A stretch of 63,101 nt of DNA, filler included, from Sphacelaria rigidula (lineage: Eukaryota): assembly GCA_964200075.2 (NCBI GenBank). It is 8 parts of 8 records of this genome, joined end to end, with 100 filler letters (N's around TTAATTAATTAA, not from the genome) between each part and the next. Parts side by side here need not be neighbours in the genome. Positions count along the whole stretch, not along the records: positions 31,604 to 39,403 come from CAXNAA020013419.1; positions 39,504 to 47,303 come from CAXNAA020013420.1; positions 47,404 to 55,202 come from CAXNAA020013421.1; positions 55,303 to 63,101 come from CAXNAA020013422.1; 4 more parts are not named here. One strand, given 5' to 3'. Below, one piece after another: positions 39,101 to 55,500 of this stretch. Under the pieces are notes generated by a model. It was not told the DNA's origin, did no database searches, and was given only the letters and a program-made list of their open reading frames with translations. A program made the translations under genes and the position numbers. Each line of letters starts with the position of its first letter. The first letter of the stretch is position 1.

Positions 39101-39250
39101 AAACTAACAATCCTGTGTTCCCCGTTCCTTTCAGCAAGTTCTTCACTCACCGATCTCCATGCGATTCGCCGCTGCCGGGGCGTCGAGCTTCACCAGACTC
39201 AGCATCGTCGTACCACCGTAGGCGTAGTCCCCAAAAACGACTCGCGTGTC
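33106..39250 (-). CDS. Large (>1260 aa) protein, 5'-incomplete: beta-propeller-like N-terminal part, long disordered middle, helical ANKRD11/12-like C-terminus; exons 39250-39151, 38686-38517, 38185-37952, ~37550-36069, 35718-35296, 34968-33601, 33135-33106
   Basis: Three long ORFs (562, 213, 461 aa) plus small exons join at GT-AG sites with phases 1,0,0,0,0,0; ends FPRMFEE|VAQRHGISL*. The acceptor of exon 4 is uncertain. Confidence 0.85.
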
Positions 39251-40169
39251 CTGTTGTGTGTATGTGCATGTGCATGGGTGTTCAGGGAGAGGGAAAGGGA
39301 GAGAGAGAGGGGGGGAGGGGGGGGGGGGGGGGGGGGGGGATTGAAGGGGGGGGGTTTTTTGGGGGGGCGGCGGTTGTTCTTTTCTTTCTCCTGGTTGTTG
39401 GGGNNNNNNNNNNNNNNNNNNNNNNNNNNNNNNNNNNNNNNNNNNNNTTAATTAATTAANNNNNNNNNNNNNNNNNNNNNNNNNNNNNNNNNNNNNNNNN
39501 NNNAGACCATTGACCTCGCATCCCTACAAAGCCGGGACGGAGCACGCCGGGTTTTCGCCGGACCAGGCTCGCGACGACGGAGGGGGGGCGGGGTACCCAC
39601 TTTTGGAGGGGTGGGCACCCCCCTGATCAGATGGGTAATGACGATAGTAGGTACTGTACTGTGCAGTACTTGCATGAACGGTATGTGCCGGCTTGTGCCA
39701 GGCTTGTGTACAAGTTGTGTATGCTGCGGTTGCACGGCAGGTGGTAGGATTGTGTATGCTATGTTCAAGTAATTTTCATCATTTCTGGGAACAACATCCT
39801 CTCGTGAAAATCGACTCGACAGCATGCGACATGACACATAAATCTGTCTAAAGTTCGGGAACCGTAGCAGTTGTTTTTGCAAGACCCGAATTTGTTGGAA
39901 CATATTATGCCAGCATGAATAAAACGTACAGAATTGTGACTAGTCTACTTCGTTTTTTTGCGACAGCATCTTCACGAGATTATCATTTGTCGCTTCTACC
40001 TATATCGCTGTGCAGTATGCCGACCGTTAGAGATTACTCCTCGACACAGCTGTCCGAACGCTGGCACTGCCTACGCGGGCACCAGGTGATCATCCTTGAA
40101 TCATCGACAATTGGTTGATACCATGGGAGTATAAGCTGGGCCGCCCAAGAAGCCACCAGGAATGTTGAA

Positions 40170-40780
40170 ACGCATCATCTTCGCCGAATTTTGGAGCGTT
40201 TTCGATGAATATTTGACACGATGTACAGGGCGTATGTGCGAGTAGCAAACCTTTCTTCCCATGTTTCTTTTTCCTCCGTGAGTTATGGGCGACGCAATAT
40301 TTCAGAACAGTGTTTTCGGAACAAAATTGCCAATAACTCACGAAGGAAATAAAAAAAACGGGAGGAAAGGTTTGGTATTTTCACATACGTCTTGTATATC
40401 GTGTCAAAATTTCATTGAGAACGATCCAAAATTGAGCGAAGAATATGCGTCATCCCGTCGACAACTGGCTACTATAGTATATGGAGGTGGATCAGTTACG
40501 AATATTTCAAACGCATTAATGCTGTTCAATTTCAAGCTGTTTGCGATGGAATTTGACACGATGTACAGGACGTATGTGCGAATGCCGAACCTTTCCTCCT
40601 ATGTTTTTTGTTATATTTCTTCGTGGGTTATTGGCAATTCTGTTCCGGAAAGAAAATGTTCTGAAATATTCCGTCGCCATATGACTCACGAAGAAAAGAA
40701 AAATAAACACGGGAGGAACGAAGGGGTGTTTGCACACGCGCCCTGTACATGTGTCGAAATTTCATCGAAAACGACTCAAT
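40170..40780. repeat. Nested inverted repeat (two self-palindromic units in opposite orientation)
   Basis: The arm ATTTGACACGATGTACAGG.CGTATGTGCGA..ACCTTTC occurs +,-,+,- at ~40211, ~40410, ~40551, ~40760; the two loops are reverse complements of each other. Confidence 0.85.
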
Positions 40781-43671
40781 ATTGAGCTTGTGCGGCACCA
40801 CGGGGCACGAAACTGACTGTAACCGAAAATCCAACCTCAGCCGGTTTATTTGGGCTAATTCCGCCGCACATAGTACGCTCAACTCTATACGCTTTCGCAC
40901 TTGACTACAGTTCGGTATTTCGTTTGATGACACCTTGTCGCTTGTCGGATCGCAGTGCTACATGGATTTGAAGACGCGCGCTGATTTGCCGATTACCACG
41001 ATGTGTCATAGTAGGCACAATTCGCAATACATCGTCATTTACAACGGCCTGAAGAAAAGTGAGCTTCTTAGGCGACCCACCCTGTACTGTCGGAACATTT
41101 TTATGCCGGTTAGAAGTATACAGTCAAGTCACAGTAGTAGTAGATACCTCTGGTGTCACTCAACAACACGTACAACTCGTGGTGCACTTTCTTCCTTGAT
41201 GGACAAACAGGAAACGTGGGCGGGAACTCGGAGGTAACTTGAAATTTTCAAATCAACCCAAGGGTCTGTCAGATGTATATTATCGGGACACGTAGGCCCC
41301 AAGATCGAAAAGTCGAGTTTGTGAGGGAGGGCGTACTCTGTTAGGGATCGCGGCATGGCGTGGTGGATAAAGGGTAATACGATGATGGGCCGTCGGTTTC
41401 AAAACGACAATACGCCCGGAGGGCTGATTGCGGGAACTGGCTAGTACCGCAATCAGGGGTGAAGGCGTTTGTTATCCGTCAAGAGACGGAATACATAAAC
41501 ATGCCTCTTTACATCTGGTTGGATTCGGTTCTTTCCTAGGATCGATTCAACCAGCACCCTGGTGTTTTACTTCTTCTCCAAAGTGCAAGGTTTTAACACT
41601 ACCAAGAGAAAAGAGAAATCGAATCGGCCTGAAGCTGTGCTGGAGATATCCTGACGCTCGTCGTGTATCGTTCTGCGTTGGACTTTCCCACGTGCTGTGA
41701 GCTTACGATTGTTTCAAGGAATACGATGAGACTGTAAGATGTTTGATTCAAGCAATGAGCAGATGTATGAAGGTCGACAAAATAGTAAAAACGAACTGTG
41801 TGCCAAATGGAAAAGTGAAATGTGTAATTATATAAGTAAAAGTAAGTCGTATTTGCATAAGCCAGCGAGTCAACGTAACTTGCATGACCGAAATGCTATT
41901 GTTGCTTCGCTCCAGTACTCGGCTCGCACAGTAGAGATACACAATGACAACAACAACTGTGAACGACACTATTCTGTTTGTAACATGGTGCTTCCAACCG
42001 GGACTTTTGTTTCGACTGTTGTCATCCGTGACATATTGATCATTCCTCTTGCGATTTTCCGGAATGAGCTCCTTCAACAACGCATCAGCCATCGGGATGT
42101 TTCGGTCCCCATATATGAAGATTCGCTGTTCGCCTCAAACGAGAACCCCGCATGTGATGACGAATTTTGCTGTCTGAGAATGACGAATGAACGATCTGAT
42201 CCTCGGTCAGTCCCGTGTGTGCTTGAACGCGCTGTCGGCTGTGTTTATCCTACGTCACCTGAAAATGCGTGTCCACAGCGTTAGCGCAGCGGTTATTGCC
42301 AAACGACTGAGTTTGATGTTTGGGGTGCGCCCGTAACAGCGGTTACAGCTGTTCAGGTAGTGTTCATACTGCATATCGTATAGTCAACATGGAAGATCCG
42401 TATAGTACATAAATTTTATAGTATAACTGCGGAGGATTCGAAAGTTCAACTGACCACACTGCGTCCATCATTCGAGTTCATTTGTTTGAAGAATCTGGCG
42501 ATGTGGTCAGTCAACCTTACTTTTTGCCATGACAAGCTACAACCAAGGGAAGGAAAGATAATGAAGAGTTCATGCTGATGACATCGTGCTACCCATTTGG
42601 ATTGATTTCACGGCGTACTGGATACCGCGTGGATAACGCTTGGTTCACGCTGCATCTGGGTAAAAGCCAATGTTGTGATGCACCGTGGGTGCTGTAAAAC
42701 AGAAACGTTGGACTGTTTGTGTAGCCCGATACATGTATGTATACAAATATATATGCCGGAATAATCTTGAACTCATTGCTGTTCGCGGAAGGCAAGCTAC
42801 CGCATCCATGCAGCGCTTATTATCGTCCACGTGAAGCCGCGTTTCTACGGCATCTAGGCAGGACTACTATGTGTCTGCAATAAACGCACACATGTACGTC
42901 TATATCGCATGGTGGGGGGGATGCCGTTTCAATCCTGCCTGCTTGAATTGAAGCTTGCGGTGCCCTGGATAAAAATCAGAGATATCCTACACCATGCTGT
43001 TGAATTTGTATGACAAAGCAGGCCATCTGCTGTGTGCGTCTCGTCACTAAACATGAATTTGTTCAACGCTTGCACAGTGCACGACCCAGGCTGATACCCC
43101 CATCTTCCTGTAACCTGATGCGGCGTACTGTTGTCATTTGAATGTTAGTAGTTATCCCTCACCATTATCCTGCATCAATCATGCCTACTGTTCGGTGATA
43201 CGTTACCTCGTGTCGCTCAAAACCCGACGCACTTGGGGCATGTTTTCGCTCACCATGCATTAAGTACGCCCTATACACATTGCCAAATAAATACGGCGGG
43301 GTTTTAGATGTGATATGTGATCTTCCTTACGCCTTGAATTAAATCTTGCTTTCACGCAGTGGGTACAGAAACGAAATGTGAAAGCCGACCGTGCGAGGAG
43401 CTGTGACATGAGACAACTTGATGCTTGCTCTATACACCGCATGTCGTTTGTGTGTGCAACATGCTGTTGCCAGGTGGCTGGTGCAGGTGTACGATGGCCG
43501 TTAACTATTTCGAATCTCACACCAAAGGAAGTTTCGAGCCGGAACGTGACCCTTAGACGACGAGAGTAGGTCATCGGTTGAATCGTCATCAACTTCACTT
43601 GAAAACGGTATGTGTGATTCAGATGACCTACTCTCGCTGTCTAAGGGTTAACCCTTAGCCCGTGATTCGGG

Positions 43672-43930
43672 TGTGTGTGTTGTCGTCCCATTTGTTTTCG
43701 GTACTACATCTCCCTTCTGCGGCGTTTACCTTTCCTTTTTTATCGCGAGAGGGTTTCAGCAGTCCTTTTCACTCGTCGTTCATCAAGTCGAACCATGTGT
43801 ACCCACGACATAGTCGCCGTCCACCGTTGGCTAGGGTGTGAGAAAAAATCCCAGATCGCTCCGAGATTTGAACCCACGACCCAACCGTCAGGAGATTCCA
43901 AGGTTGCGAACTGAGCCACCGGGGCGACCG
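43672..43930 (-). mobile_element. tRNA-derived SINE family 1
   Basis: Minus strand GGTCGCCCCGGTGGCTCAGTTCG...GGGTTCAAATCTCGGAGCGATCTGGGATTTTTTCTCACACC, homologous to the 10670 copy. Confidence 0.8.
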
Positions 43931-45597
43931 CCGCGGTGCGGGTCGTCCATTTGGATCACGCATACTCTCTTCAAGTGAAAATTAATGCCGATTCAGCAGG
44001 TGACCTACCCTCGCGGTCTATTGAAAAAAGACGTGAAGAAATGTTCGTAGATACTGTTTGAGGGGGAACATCATTTGGTGTTATAGATTAACACTAAGAC
44101 TAACCCTGACCCAAGGCGCACGATACCCTCGGCCGAGGAGGGTGCATAGTTTCCCCTAGGCAAAGTGTTCGTTGGCAGACTTCGAATCGTCGCGGCAGGC
44201 TCCGATTCCGACAAAAACACGTTCTGGACGAGCTGGGTCCACTGCTCACCTGCCCCAAGCCATTTGTTTAAGAATTGTATCAACTCTAAAATCGAGTAGT
44301 CATCCCTGTCAAGCATTGTGTACAAACATTTCATCAGATCTACTGCTGTAAGGGTCAACGGGCCTCTTATTATGCTAGAAACCAACATGTCGTGGAACAA
44401 TTCGAAAGGTCCCCGTCAGCGTGGTTCGGAAAAATCTGTCGCTCTCAATTGGATCTTCAAGTCTCAATTTCACGAAAACATTGTTCATCGTCGTTGCAGA
44501 GGGATGCTACGGTAGGGGTACATAAATATTTTCTGAGCCTAAAATTGTTAGGAGCCCTTCATCTCATCCACAACACGACTTGTGAAAATATGCGAGAGCA
44601 CGTGTCGGGAATGCATCTTTGCAGTGACATATCAGAGACTGAGACCACACGTGTATAAAGAGCCAGAGCAAGCAGGTACAAGTAGGAACGGTCCGAATGG
44701 ACCAGATTCCCGAGGACCCTGTAATGCCGACGTAACTAGACAACTCGGGGTGATGCCAGGAAGAGCCTAATATAGGACGGTCCAACATCCCCGAGGCCCT
44801 GGTCGCCTATGGCGACCACTTCTCGTCTGACCCCACTTCTTGCCTACATATACAAGAGGAAGTCATCGCCAGCCTCGGAGTTCCTTCGGCATCAGGACGG
44901 CAGGCTCCCCCGTAGGTCTCCGACTACTCTAGCGATACGCCTTCCTTACATAGGATTCTTATTGAATCAGAATAAATGCTCGACGTGGACGCCGCGTTAT
45001 AGGTACACGGGAGTATTCTGACTGAAAAATTGGCATTGCAGATGCTCACGGAACGTTTTCGGTATGAAGATAACGTTCTGCATCAGCACGGGGCGTTCTC
45101 GGACAACGGAGGGGCACCCTCCGATATAGCAAGGGGCGTTTTCGGCCGACAAGGGACGTTCTCGAAGAGTCACGGGAGTTCGGGTACCACCTCCAGGGAA
45201 TTTGTGGCTACGAAGTACGACCGTCTCCGACGCAACTGAATTGAACACTTCCCCTAGGTTGTTGTTGAGCGTTATCACGGAGGATAAAGCCCACAGGGCA
45301 TTCGTGGCTACGGGAGGGTGCGATATCCCGTAGCTTCGCATACCTACAAAGCCGGGACGGAGCACGCCGGGGTTTCGCCGGATCAGGCTCGCACTCAATC
45401 ACCAGGCGCGAAGCGCCGTGGTGTGTTCGGCGAGTCGCATGAAAGATGAGCTGCATCCTGCTTAGATTGTTCAGTCCGAAGCCTACTGATTATCTTGCAG
45501 TCGAAAGACAGCCTACAATGAGTTCCTTCATTTTCTGTTGGGACACCCATGAGGCAGTGTATAAGCCGTGGCTGTTTCTGGAAGTGGCGACACCAGA

Positions 45598-45843
45598 ATG
45601 CTACGGTAGGGGTACATTTTTTGTCCAATCTCTTGTCTTGTTCAGGGACTCCTAACGGTTTTGTTAGCACAAGAATATGGGTCAGGGCATCCCCGTTTGC
45701 AAATTTATTCGGGATATCTCTAGCACATTGGAGTTGCAATCCTGGCGTAGTCTCACATATTTTATGAGTCGTATTACTGATGGGATGAGAGGATACTAAC
45801 ATTTCTAACATCCGAAAATATTGGTGCACCCCTACCGCAGCAT
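45598..45843. mobile_element. MITE with TIR ATGCTACGGTAGGGGTACA; partial copies at ~44503 and ~47088-47260
   Basis: Right end TGCACCCCTACCGCAGCAT is the reverse complement of the left end; interior shared with the 47 kb copy. Confidence 0.7.
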
Positions 45844-46069
45844 CACTCCGCGGAGGGCAGCACCCCCCAGAGTGGTTTTGACTTTGGGATATGGTCCTCC
45901 TCCAGAGTACCATCTCTTCAATCCGCAAATGTTCATACACTTTATCTGAGTTTGTTTCATACTGAGAACAACACTCCCCCAGGCTTGCAATCACGGAGGG
46001 TCCGAAATATCCCAGGGAAATCGTAGTTGCATACGATAACAGGCCCCAGAAGAATTGATGATCATGGGT

Positions 46070-46315
46070 GAGTCATCCTACGATAGGGGGGGGGGTATTC
46101 GGTTGCACGAAAAATCATAAGTGTGTCAGACATCCTTCCACACTTGCGTTGCGCTTGAATTTGGTTCCAAACGGTATCAGGCAGTATGGATGAGTGTTAT
46201 GGATCCACAACACGCTTGTTCGAACAACCGTTGCTGCTTTCAACGGCGATCTGACTCGAAATTTCGAGCAACAAACGGCCCAGTATACCCCCCTCCCCCT
46301 ATCGTAGGATGACTC
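46070..46315. mobile_element. Sola2-like MITE
   Basis: TIR GAGTCATCCTACGATAG(G)nTAT / ATA(C)n...CTATCGTAGGATGACTC, perfect 4-bp TSD GGGT (46066-46069 / 46316-46319), GAG...CTC termini. Confidence 0.8.
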
Positions 46316-47489
46316 GGGTGCAGCACCACCCGCCAACCCGCCTGTGGCTTCATGTTACAGAGCATTTTTCCCCGACCTTTTTTCGATCACGGAGAATACC
46401 GCCTCCAGGTATTGTAACCGTGGAACGTATCACTCGTTGGTTTTACAAATTGTCGACACCGAAGCACGCCAAGGTGTGATTTCGAGACATGATAGGACCT
46501 GTAAGGCCACCGTCCGGTGCTCTGGATTGCTGTACTGCAGATGCTGGAGGATACCACCCGTCACAATTACTTCCCGTGTCATGCTACTCATTTCTGCTGC
46601 TGTGAATTCGCGATTCTTTCCTCCTTTGATATCTCTTTCCTTTTTTTTTCGTTCGTTCGTTCGTTCGTTCCTCCTTCTTCCTTTCTTTGTTCCTTTTTTT
46701 CTCACGTTCTCTCTTCTTTTTTTTCTTCTTTTTTTCCTTCTTCATTTCATTTGCTTTTACTTCTTTCCTTCCTTTCTTACTTCATTTCTTCACTGTTTTC
46801 TTGTCTTCATTTCCGTACTACATCCGTTTGTTCCCCTCGTTCCTGTTTCGCTGCATCGGCCCATGATACGATCCTATGGAATTTACCCAGATTGTGGTCA
46901 CAAAAGGGACAGGAGTAGGGCAGATAAACTCGGCCGTCGGCACATGTACTAAAAAATTCTGCACGGTCTATGTGTTGGTGGATGTGCCGACAGACAACGT
47001 GAAACCTACCACGCGTGAGTTCGCTGCAATAAAAGAGCTGCTCTGCAATAGTCAAGCGATTGCCGGACCGCCTTCCCCACCTGAGCAATGCTATGGTAGG
47101 GGTGCACGTTTCTCGCGAAATTTTGTCTGGTTCAGGGGCTCCTGACGAATTTAGACGCACAAGAATACGGGTCAGGGCATCCCCGTTTACAGATGTATTC
47201 GGGATATCCCCAGCACATTGGAATAAACAGTGTTTTCGTGAGATTGAGAGTAGATTATGTTTTTGAGAGTGAAAAGTGGTCAATCAGTGAATGAATCGTT
47301 TCANNNNNNNNNNNNNNNNNNNNNNNNNNNNNNNNNNNNNNNNNNNNTTAATTAATTAANNNNNNNNNNNNNNNNNNNNNNNNNNNNNNNNNNNNNNNNN
47401 NNNTGGAATCTATTATTATGCAATAGACAATAGATTCCATACTGTACGCAGTATATTTTTCGACCGTGTATTCTATTGTCCAGGGTATG

Positions 47490-47685
47490 GACTACTGGTA
47501 CATCTCTTTCTTCTTTGGGGCAGGTCCAGGTCCCCCACCCGAAATCGCAGTTTCAAATTTTTCAACGCGTCCATGGGGCCATGCAGATATGTTTTCATTC
47601 CGGTCCCCTCTCTCAGCCCCCCGTATATCTCCAGGTGTTCTTCCTCGTCTACCTTACGTCTGAGCGCTCTTTTCCCCCTTATTTC
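47490..47685 (-). mobile_element. Probable LINE ORF fragment
   Basis: RRKVDEEEHLEIYGGLREGTGMKTYLHGPMDALKNLKLRFRVGDLDLPQRRKR resembles the post-RT region of non-LTR ORFs and lies among LINE tails. Confidence 0.65.
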
Positions 47686-48019
47686 TATCAGGGGGGGGCG
47701 GGGTGTACTCATGATTATGCATGCCATAGTCATAAGACCATTGACCTCGCATCCCTNNNNNNNNNNGACGGAGCACGCCGGGTTTTCGCCGGACCAGGCT
47801 CGAACTCAAACCACCAAGCGCGAAGTGCCTTGGTGTGTTCGCGACTCGCATGAAGAGTGAGCTGTACCCTGCTAAGATTGTTCGGCCCGAAGCCTACATA
47901 CAATCTAGCATTTGGGTGACAGCCTCCAATGAGTTGCTTTATTATCTGGTATCGCCACTTCCAGAGACAGCCATGGCCTATACAATGCCTCATGGGTGTC
48001 TCACCAGAGTATGTATCAG

Positions 48020-48760
48020 GGGGGGGGGAAAGGGGGGGAGTGTTCATTTACTACTTGTCTTGGTCGTCTGACCGTTGACCACGCATCCCTTTCGAGACGG
48101 AGAACCATCCCTACTCCTAATAGAGACATCCCCAACATTTGGGCGCTCATCAAGTTTTTTCCATACTCGACACAAAATATTTTCGCATATCTCATCCCCT
48201 TCCTTTTGCCGCCGCGCCCCGGCGGTCCGATGGCTTGAGTGTCACCATTAAGGTGGAGAGACATGGACTCGGTTCCCGATTCGTTCGGTTGCTTCTTCGA
48301 AGTATCTCATTTTCCAACATCGAAAGCGCTAGTATGAAAAGAAAAGGTTAAACTGTTTGTTTAATGAGAGTTGACGCGGTGCGGGAGTGCTGATAGTCAT
48401 GACCCAACCCGCGAGACCAAAATGCATGGCATGTACCGGAGGAGAGATGAGATGATGAATCCCTTGAGACCACTGAACCACGGACTCGTCCCGAGGAAGG
48501 AGAGGGGTGCAAAGTGCAACGAAACCGCAAATTAAAGACACCAATTCCTGTTTCGCCGTCTGTGGCCACCATCTATCTCCTAGCATGGCGATCGTTTTGT
48601 CGCTACTGTCTAATATACCAATCGATATCATGCCACCTTCGTTTATTTCCCACATTTCCCCCTCTAGTACGTCCCGTTCCTCGTTGAATAAGGGGAGCAG
48701 GGGGGCCTGATATCCAATCTCCAGTCTACGGAACCCCCTGCTGGGCCTGAACTACCATGA
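48020..48760 (-). mobile_element. LINE 3' end (subfamily A) interrupted by a SINE family 2 copy (48208-48535, +)
   Basis: EERDVLEGEMWEI...IAMLGDRWWPQTAKQE resumes after the SINE as DEICENILCRVWKK..NVGDVSIRSR; the tail ends at oligo(C). Confidence 0.8.
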
Positions 48761-49576
48761 ATACATGCTGCTCTCTAGCCGGGTTCAGTTCTAGGTGCGC
48801 CTAGAACAGATGCGCGATAATCCCCGCTGCTGTTCATACCTGCATCCACATCGGTGACTGACGGCACGAATGCCTCGACAAGGTCTTGGTTTTTTCATAG
48901 AAACATATGGAGAATTGTCTACACGATGCTGTCGCGGTGCTTTGGAGCTCTGTCCCGCTTCGAGTTTCTGTGTTGGCGCCGCGATCGCCAGCGTCACTCT
49001 CTCGCTCCTACCGACGTGTTGCAGCGCACAACCGTCAAACTGAGGCGATGTAGCGCAAGATAGTCAAGTTGCACTGCCCGAATTTTCTCAATCGCCCAGC
49101 ATTTTTCAACCCGTTTCTCAGCCATTTCCAACGCTGATACCATAGAGATCCGGCTACCGAGAACCCATACCAACGATGTGGGCGCCTTCAGCTTACAAAT
49201 GAAAAATTTATCCTAATGTTGAGGCTCTCGAACGTTAATATACCTGACGGTAAGCCTGGCTTGTTCAAGAGCGGGTGGGGGTAAGGGGGGACGCGGATAT
49301 TAGACATTATCTCCTCGTCCGGTGAAAGTAGACATTTTTTCTCGCACGATGTGTGTACAACCTTGTAGGACTGTGTTGCTGGAACGGCTGGTGTTTGGAT
49401 AGAGCACCATCCTCGTTTGCGGGGGTCCATGGCTTCTATTTCCCATGCACACCCTGTGTTCGTTTATACGTCCTGTGTTCGTTCAAAGACTCGGCGAGCA
49501 CTTTCCCGCGTCGGAGCGTATGCAAACATCATGACTATGCCCCGAAATATTTCCTGTGACGTCATGAACGCTTCAG

Positions 49577-52586
<3,010 letters not shown>

Positions 52587-55500
52587 TCAGTTTTTTCAAA
52601 TGCACTTGCAGTCAGCCTAGTTGCGCTTCAAACAACGGAAATAGTAATTGCTGCCTCAGAGTATCTAGGATACACCACACGGAGTGTTACGAGGATTGCC
52701 TGGATAACAAGCATGGGAGTACTGCGGTATGACGCATCGATCGGCGAACTATTTCATAATGTACACCTAAGAGTTGCTCCTGGCAGCGGGAATGTGGAGG
52801 TGAGGGTGCAAACGCAATAGAATGATCTCTGGCTGACGGAAATGATCCACATGTAAATACGAAGCGTGTGCAAAGTCATGTGTGTCAGTTGTGTGGTGTC
52901 AGCTACAGGCACCAGCGGTATTGTTGTCGCACATACGAGACGTAATCATGTTCCAAGCTTTAGAGTACAATATATATATATATATATATTTATATGTATA
53001 TGGGCTGTGGCGTGTTCTGCGGGGTAAGTTTGTCAGTATAGAATGATCGTGCCAGTATAATCTGGACCTTGGCACGACAAATCTGAACATTTGTTCGCAA
53101 CTCGTGCCGCAGCTATCGTCGCATAATTCAAGGTTGGAAACATAGCAGTGTTATTCAGGGCCATGGCCTCAGCGGGGTAGGAATGACATGCGCGAGACGC
53201 AAAAGTTCGCACGCTCATAATACACACGTAGCCGAGCCTACACGTCGTGCGCCGATTTTCTGTATACATACACTGACCTTTTGGAGTTCATTACCACCGC
53301 ATAGACCATATGCATCGAGTGCTAGTCCGCATTGGCGATTGTTCTGGTCTGCCTGCACTTGGCTGTTCAAGGATGATTGTTACGGGACACGACTCGAACG
53401 TTTCCACGCTTGACATGTACACACGGACATGATCATGCGACTACCAGTATAAATTTTGCAGACGTTGGATGCCCCGAAAAACAAATGGACGTAAAAGTAA
53501 TAGAAATAAGTGTCAGTTCTCCGGTTCGACACCGTTTTCCAGCTTTGCAAGCTCGCCGATTATCCAGATGTGATTTATGCGTCAACAGCCTTCGATGAAG
53601 ACCGCTTCTTTCGCGGGATGGATTATCCAATCCTCGGGCGGGAACGCACATCAGCGAAGCTAACTTTTCCGCATTAACCTCCCCTGCAATATGTTTTACC
53701 CCGCCAATCTCTAGCTATGCGCTTCAAGAAACCATTTGACACACCAGATGTACCAGCCATAGTTGGGCATAGAATAACCAGTATTATTCTTCGGTTCCGT
53801 GAAGTACTCCGATCGACATGGAATAACCGCATATCTTGTACCGAGCCTGAACCCCGCGAAACTTCTTTAGTGACTTGAGAACGCTAAGAGATGCCCACGA
53901 CCAGGCAATTGGCTGAAAAAAAAAATCTTGGGCTGTGGCACATCGCCTGATGCTCCCCCACTACGCAAGTTATATATGTATATAAATATGCGTTGTGGTA
54001 CTCGCAGGAAATTTTGTGCTCTCCTCCCCTCCAAGCCGTCTCCACGATCAATCCTGTCCATTCCCCATACCCCCCCCTTCAAGATCTGCTCAACAACTGT
54101 AGTAGACGACCGCTCGTCCCAAACAACGATGGTGATATATTCCGGGGGTGTCATCAACTACAAGCCACACTGATTCCGTACATGAACACTCGCAACACAC
54201 CCAACCTAATAAGTCTATCAACATTCAGTCACGTATGATACACCCTGAGCCAATCACGGGATTCCAATCCGATATAAATGTCACGTGCCGCATCGCCCAG
54301 TGTTCCCTTAACCCTTTGAACGCCAACAGGGTATGTCATCTGGCTCATACACTCATTTTTCAAGTGAAAATGGTTCCGATTCGACAAATGATCCACTTTG
54401 ACGACGGTCAAAGGGCTAAATGTCGAACCTCGACGGTATAACATGTGGTTTTCAACTACTATGGAACGGTCAGATTAAAGCTATTACTTGAGTACCGACT
54501 TATAAGTCGAATTTCCGACTTGCAGTCGATTCCCACCAAGTGAAGCATTCGATTTGAAGGTTCAAAGTTATGTATCGGGTCTTCATGAACGTTCGACCTA
54601 AGCGCCGTTGGGGTTGGCGCTCGAAGACGTCAGATATCGAGGTGAACTCCTAAATTTATATCTCGACAATTCACCTGATACTCGACTTTCACCAATATAG
54701 ACCTAGGCCTTCAACTAAAACATCGAACCTTCAAGTGAATCAAGGTTGTAAATTTAATTTGTAAACAAATGAAAGTCGAGCACTTAGGTTGACTTCGCAT
54801 ACGAAAATTGAAGGTTCGAGTGAACCTTCGACTTCCGAATTTAACGGCGGGCGAACCTTTTGGGCTTATACAAAACATTATTTTCAAGTTAAATCGCATC
54901 TCAATATGCAACCACAGGATTGTACTGTTTTGTGAACGGCACATGCCTGTATTCAGTACATACACTAACTGGACGGCACAAGGGTCTGTCGGGAGTTGAT
55001 TTTCGGACACGGAGCCTCCCCCCCCCCCGTCTGCTCCGTCTCGGAAGGGATGCGTGGCCAATGGTCAAACGACTAAGGCAAGCAACAAATGAGTACCCCC
55101 CCCCTAGCCTGGTCCGGGGAGAACCCGGCGTGCTCCGTCCCGGCTTTGTAGGGGCGGACCCCCGATGGGGTTGGCGTCGGTTGGCGATGACGCTTTAAAA
55201 CANNNNNNNNNNNNNNNNNNNNNNNNNNNNNNNNNNNNNNNNNNNNTTAATTAATTAANNNNNNNNNNNNNNNNNNNNNNNNNNNNNNNNNNNNNNNNNN
55301 NNGTTATATATCGTGCAGCCTTCTAGCGTGGAGCGGCTTTTTGTGTGGTAGCGTTGTATACCGAACGACTTATCGAATCGATAAAGATGTCGACAACGTC
55401 AGCGCAGTGAGCGAGCGAGCGAATGCGAGGGAGCTCGTTGTGGGAGTCAGTCGGCCACTTATGGTTAGCGGAGGGGCGAAGCTGGAGGTACCGCACCGCC

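Noticed and set aside
41748..42092. Possible first exon with a transmembrane helix (MADALLKELIPE...IVSFTVVVVIVYLYC)
   Set aside because: No convincing downstream exon chain and no recognisable homology.
20270..42590. Hammerhead-like cores (CTGATGA at ~20277 and ~42575, TTGATGA at ~25794)
   Set aside because: No stem II plus GAAA arrangement follows any of them.
45395..45994. 199-aa minus-strand ORF
   Set aside because: It runs across a MITE and a LINE tail, so it is a chance open frame.
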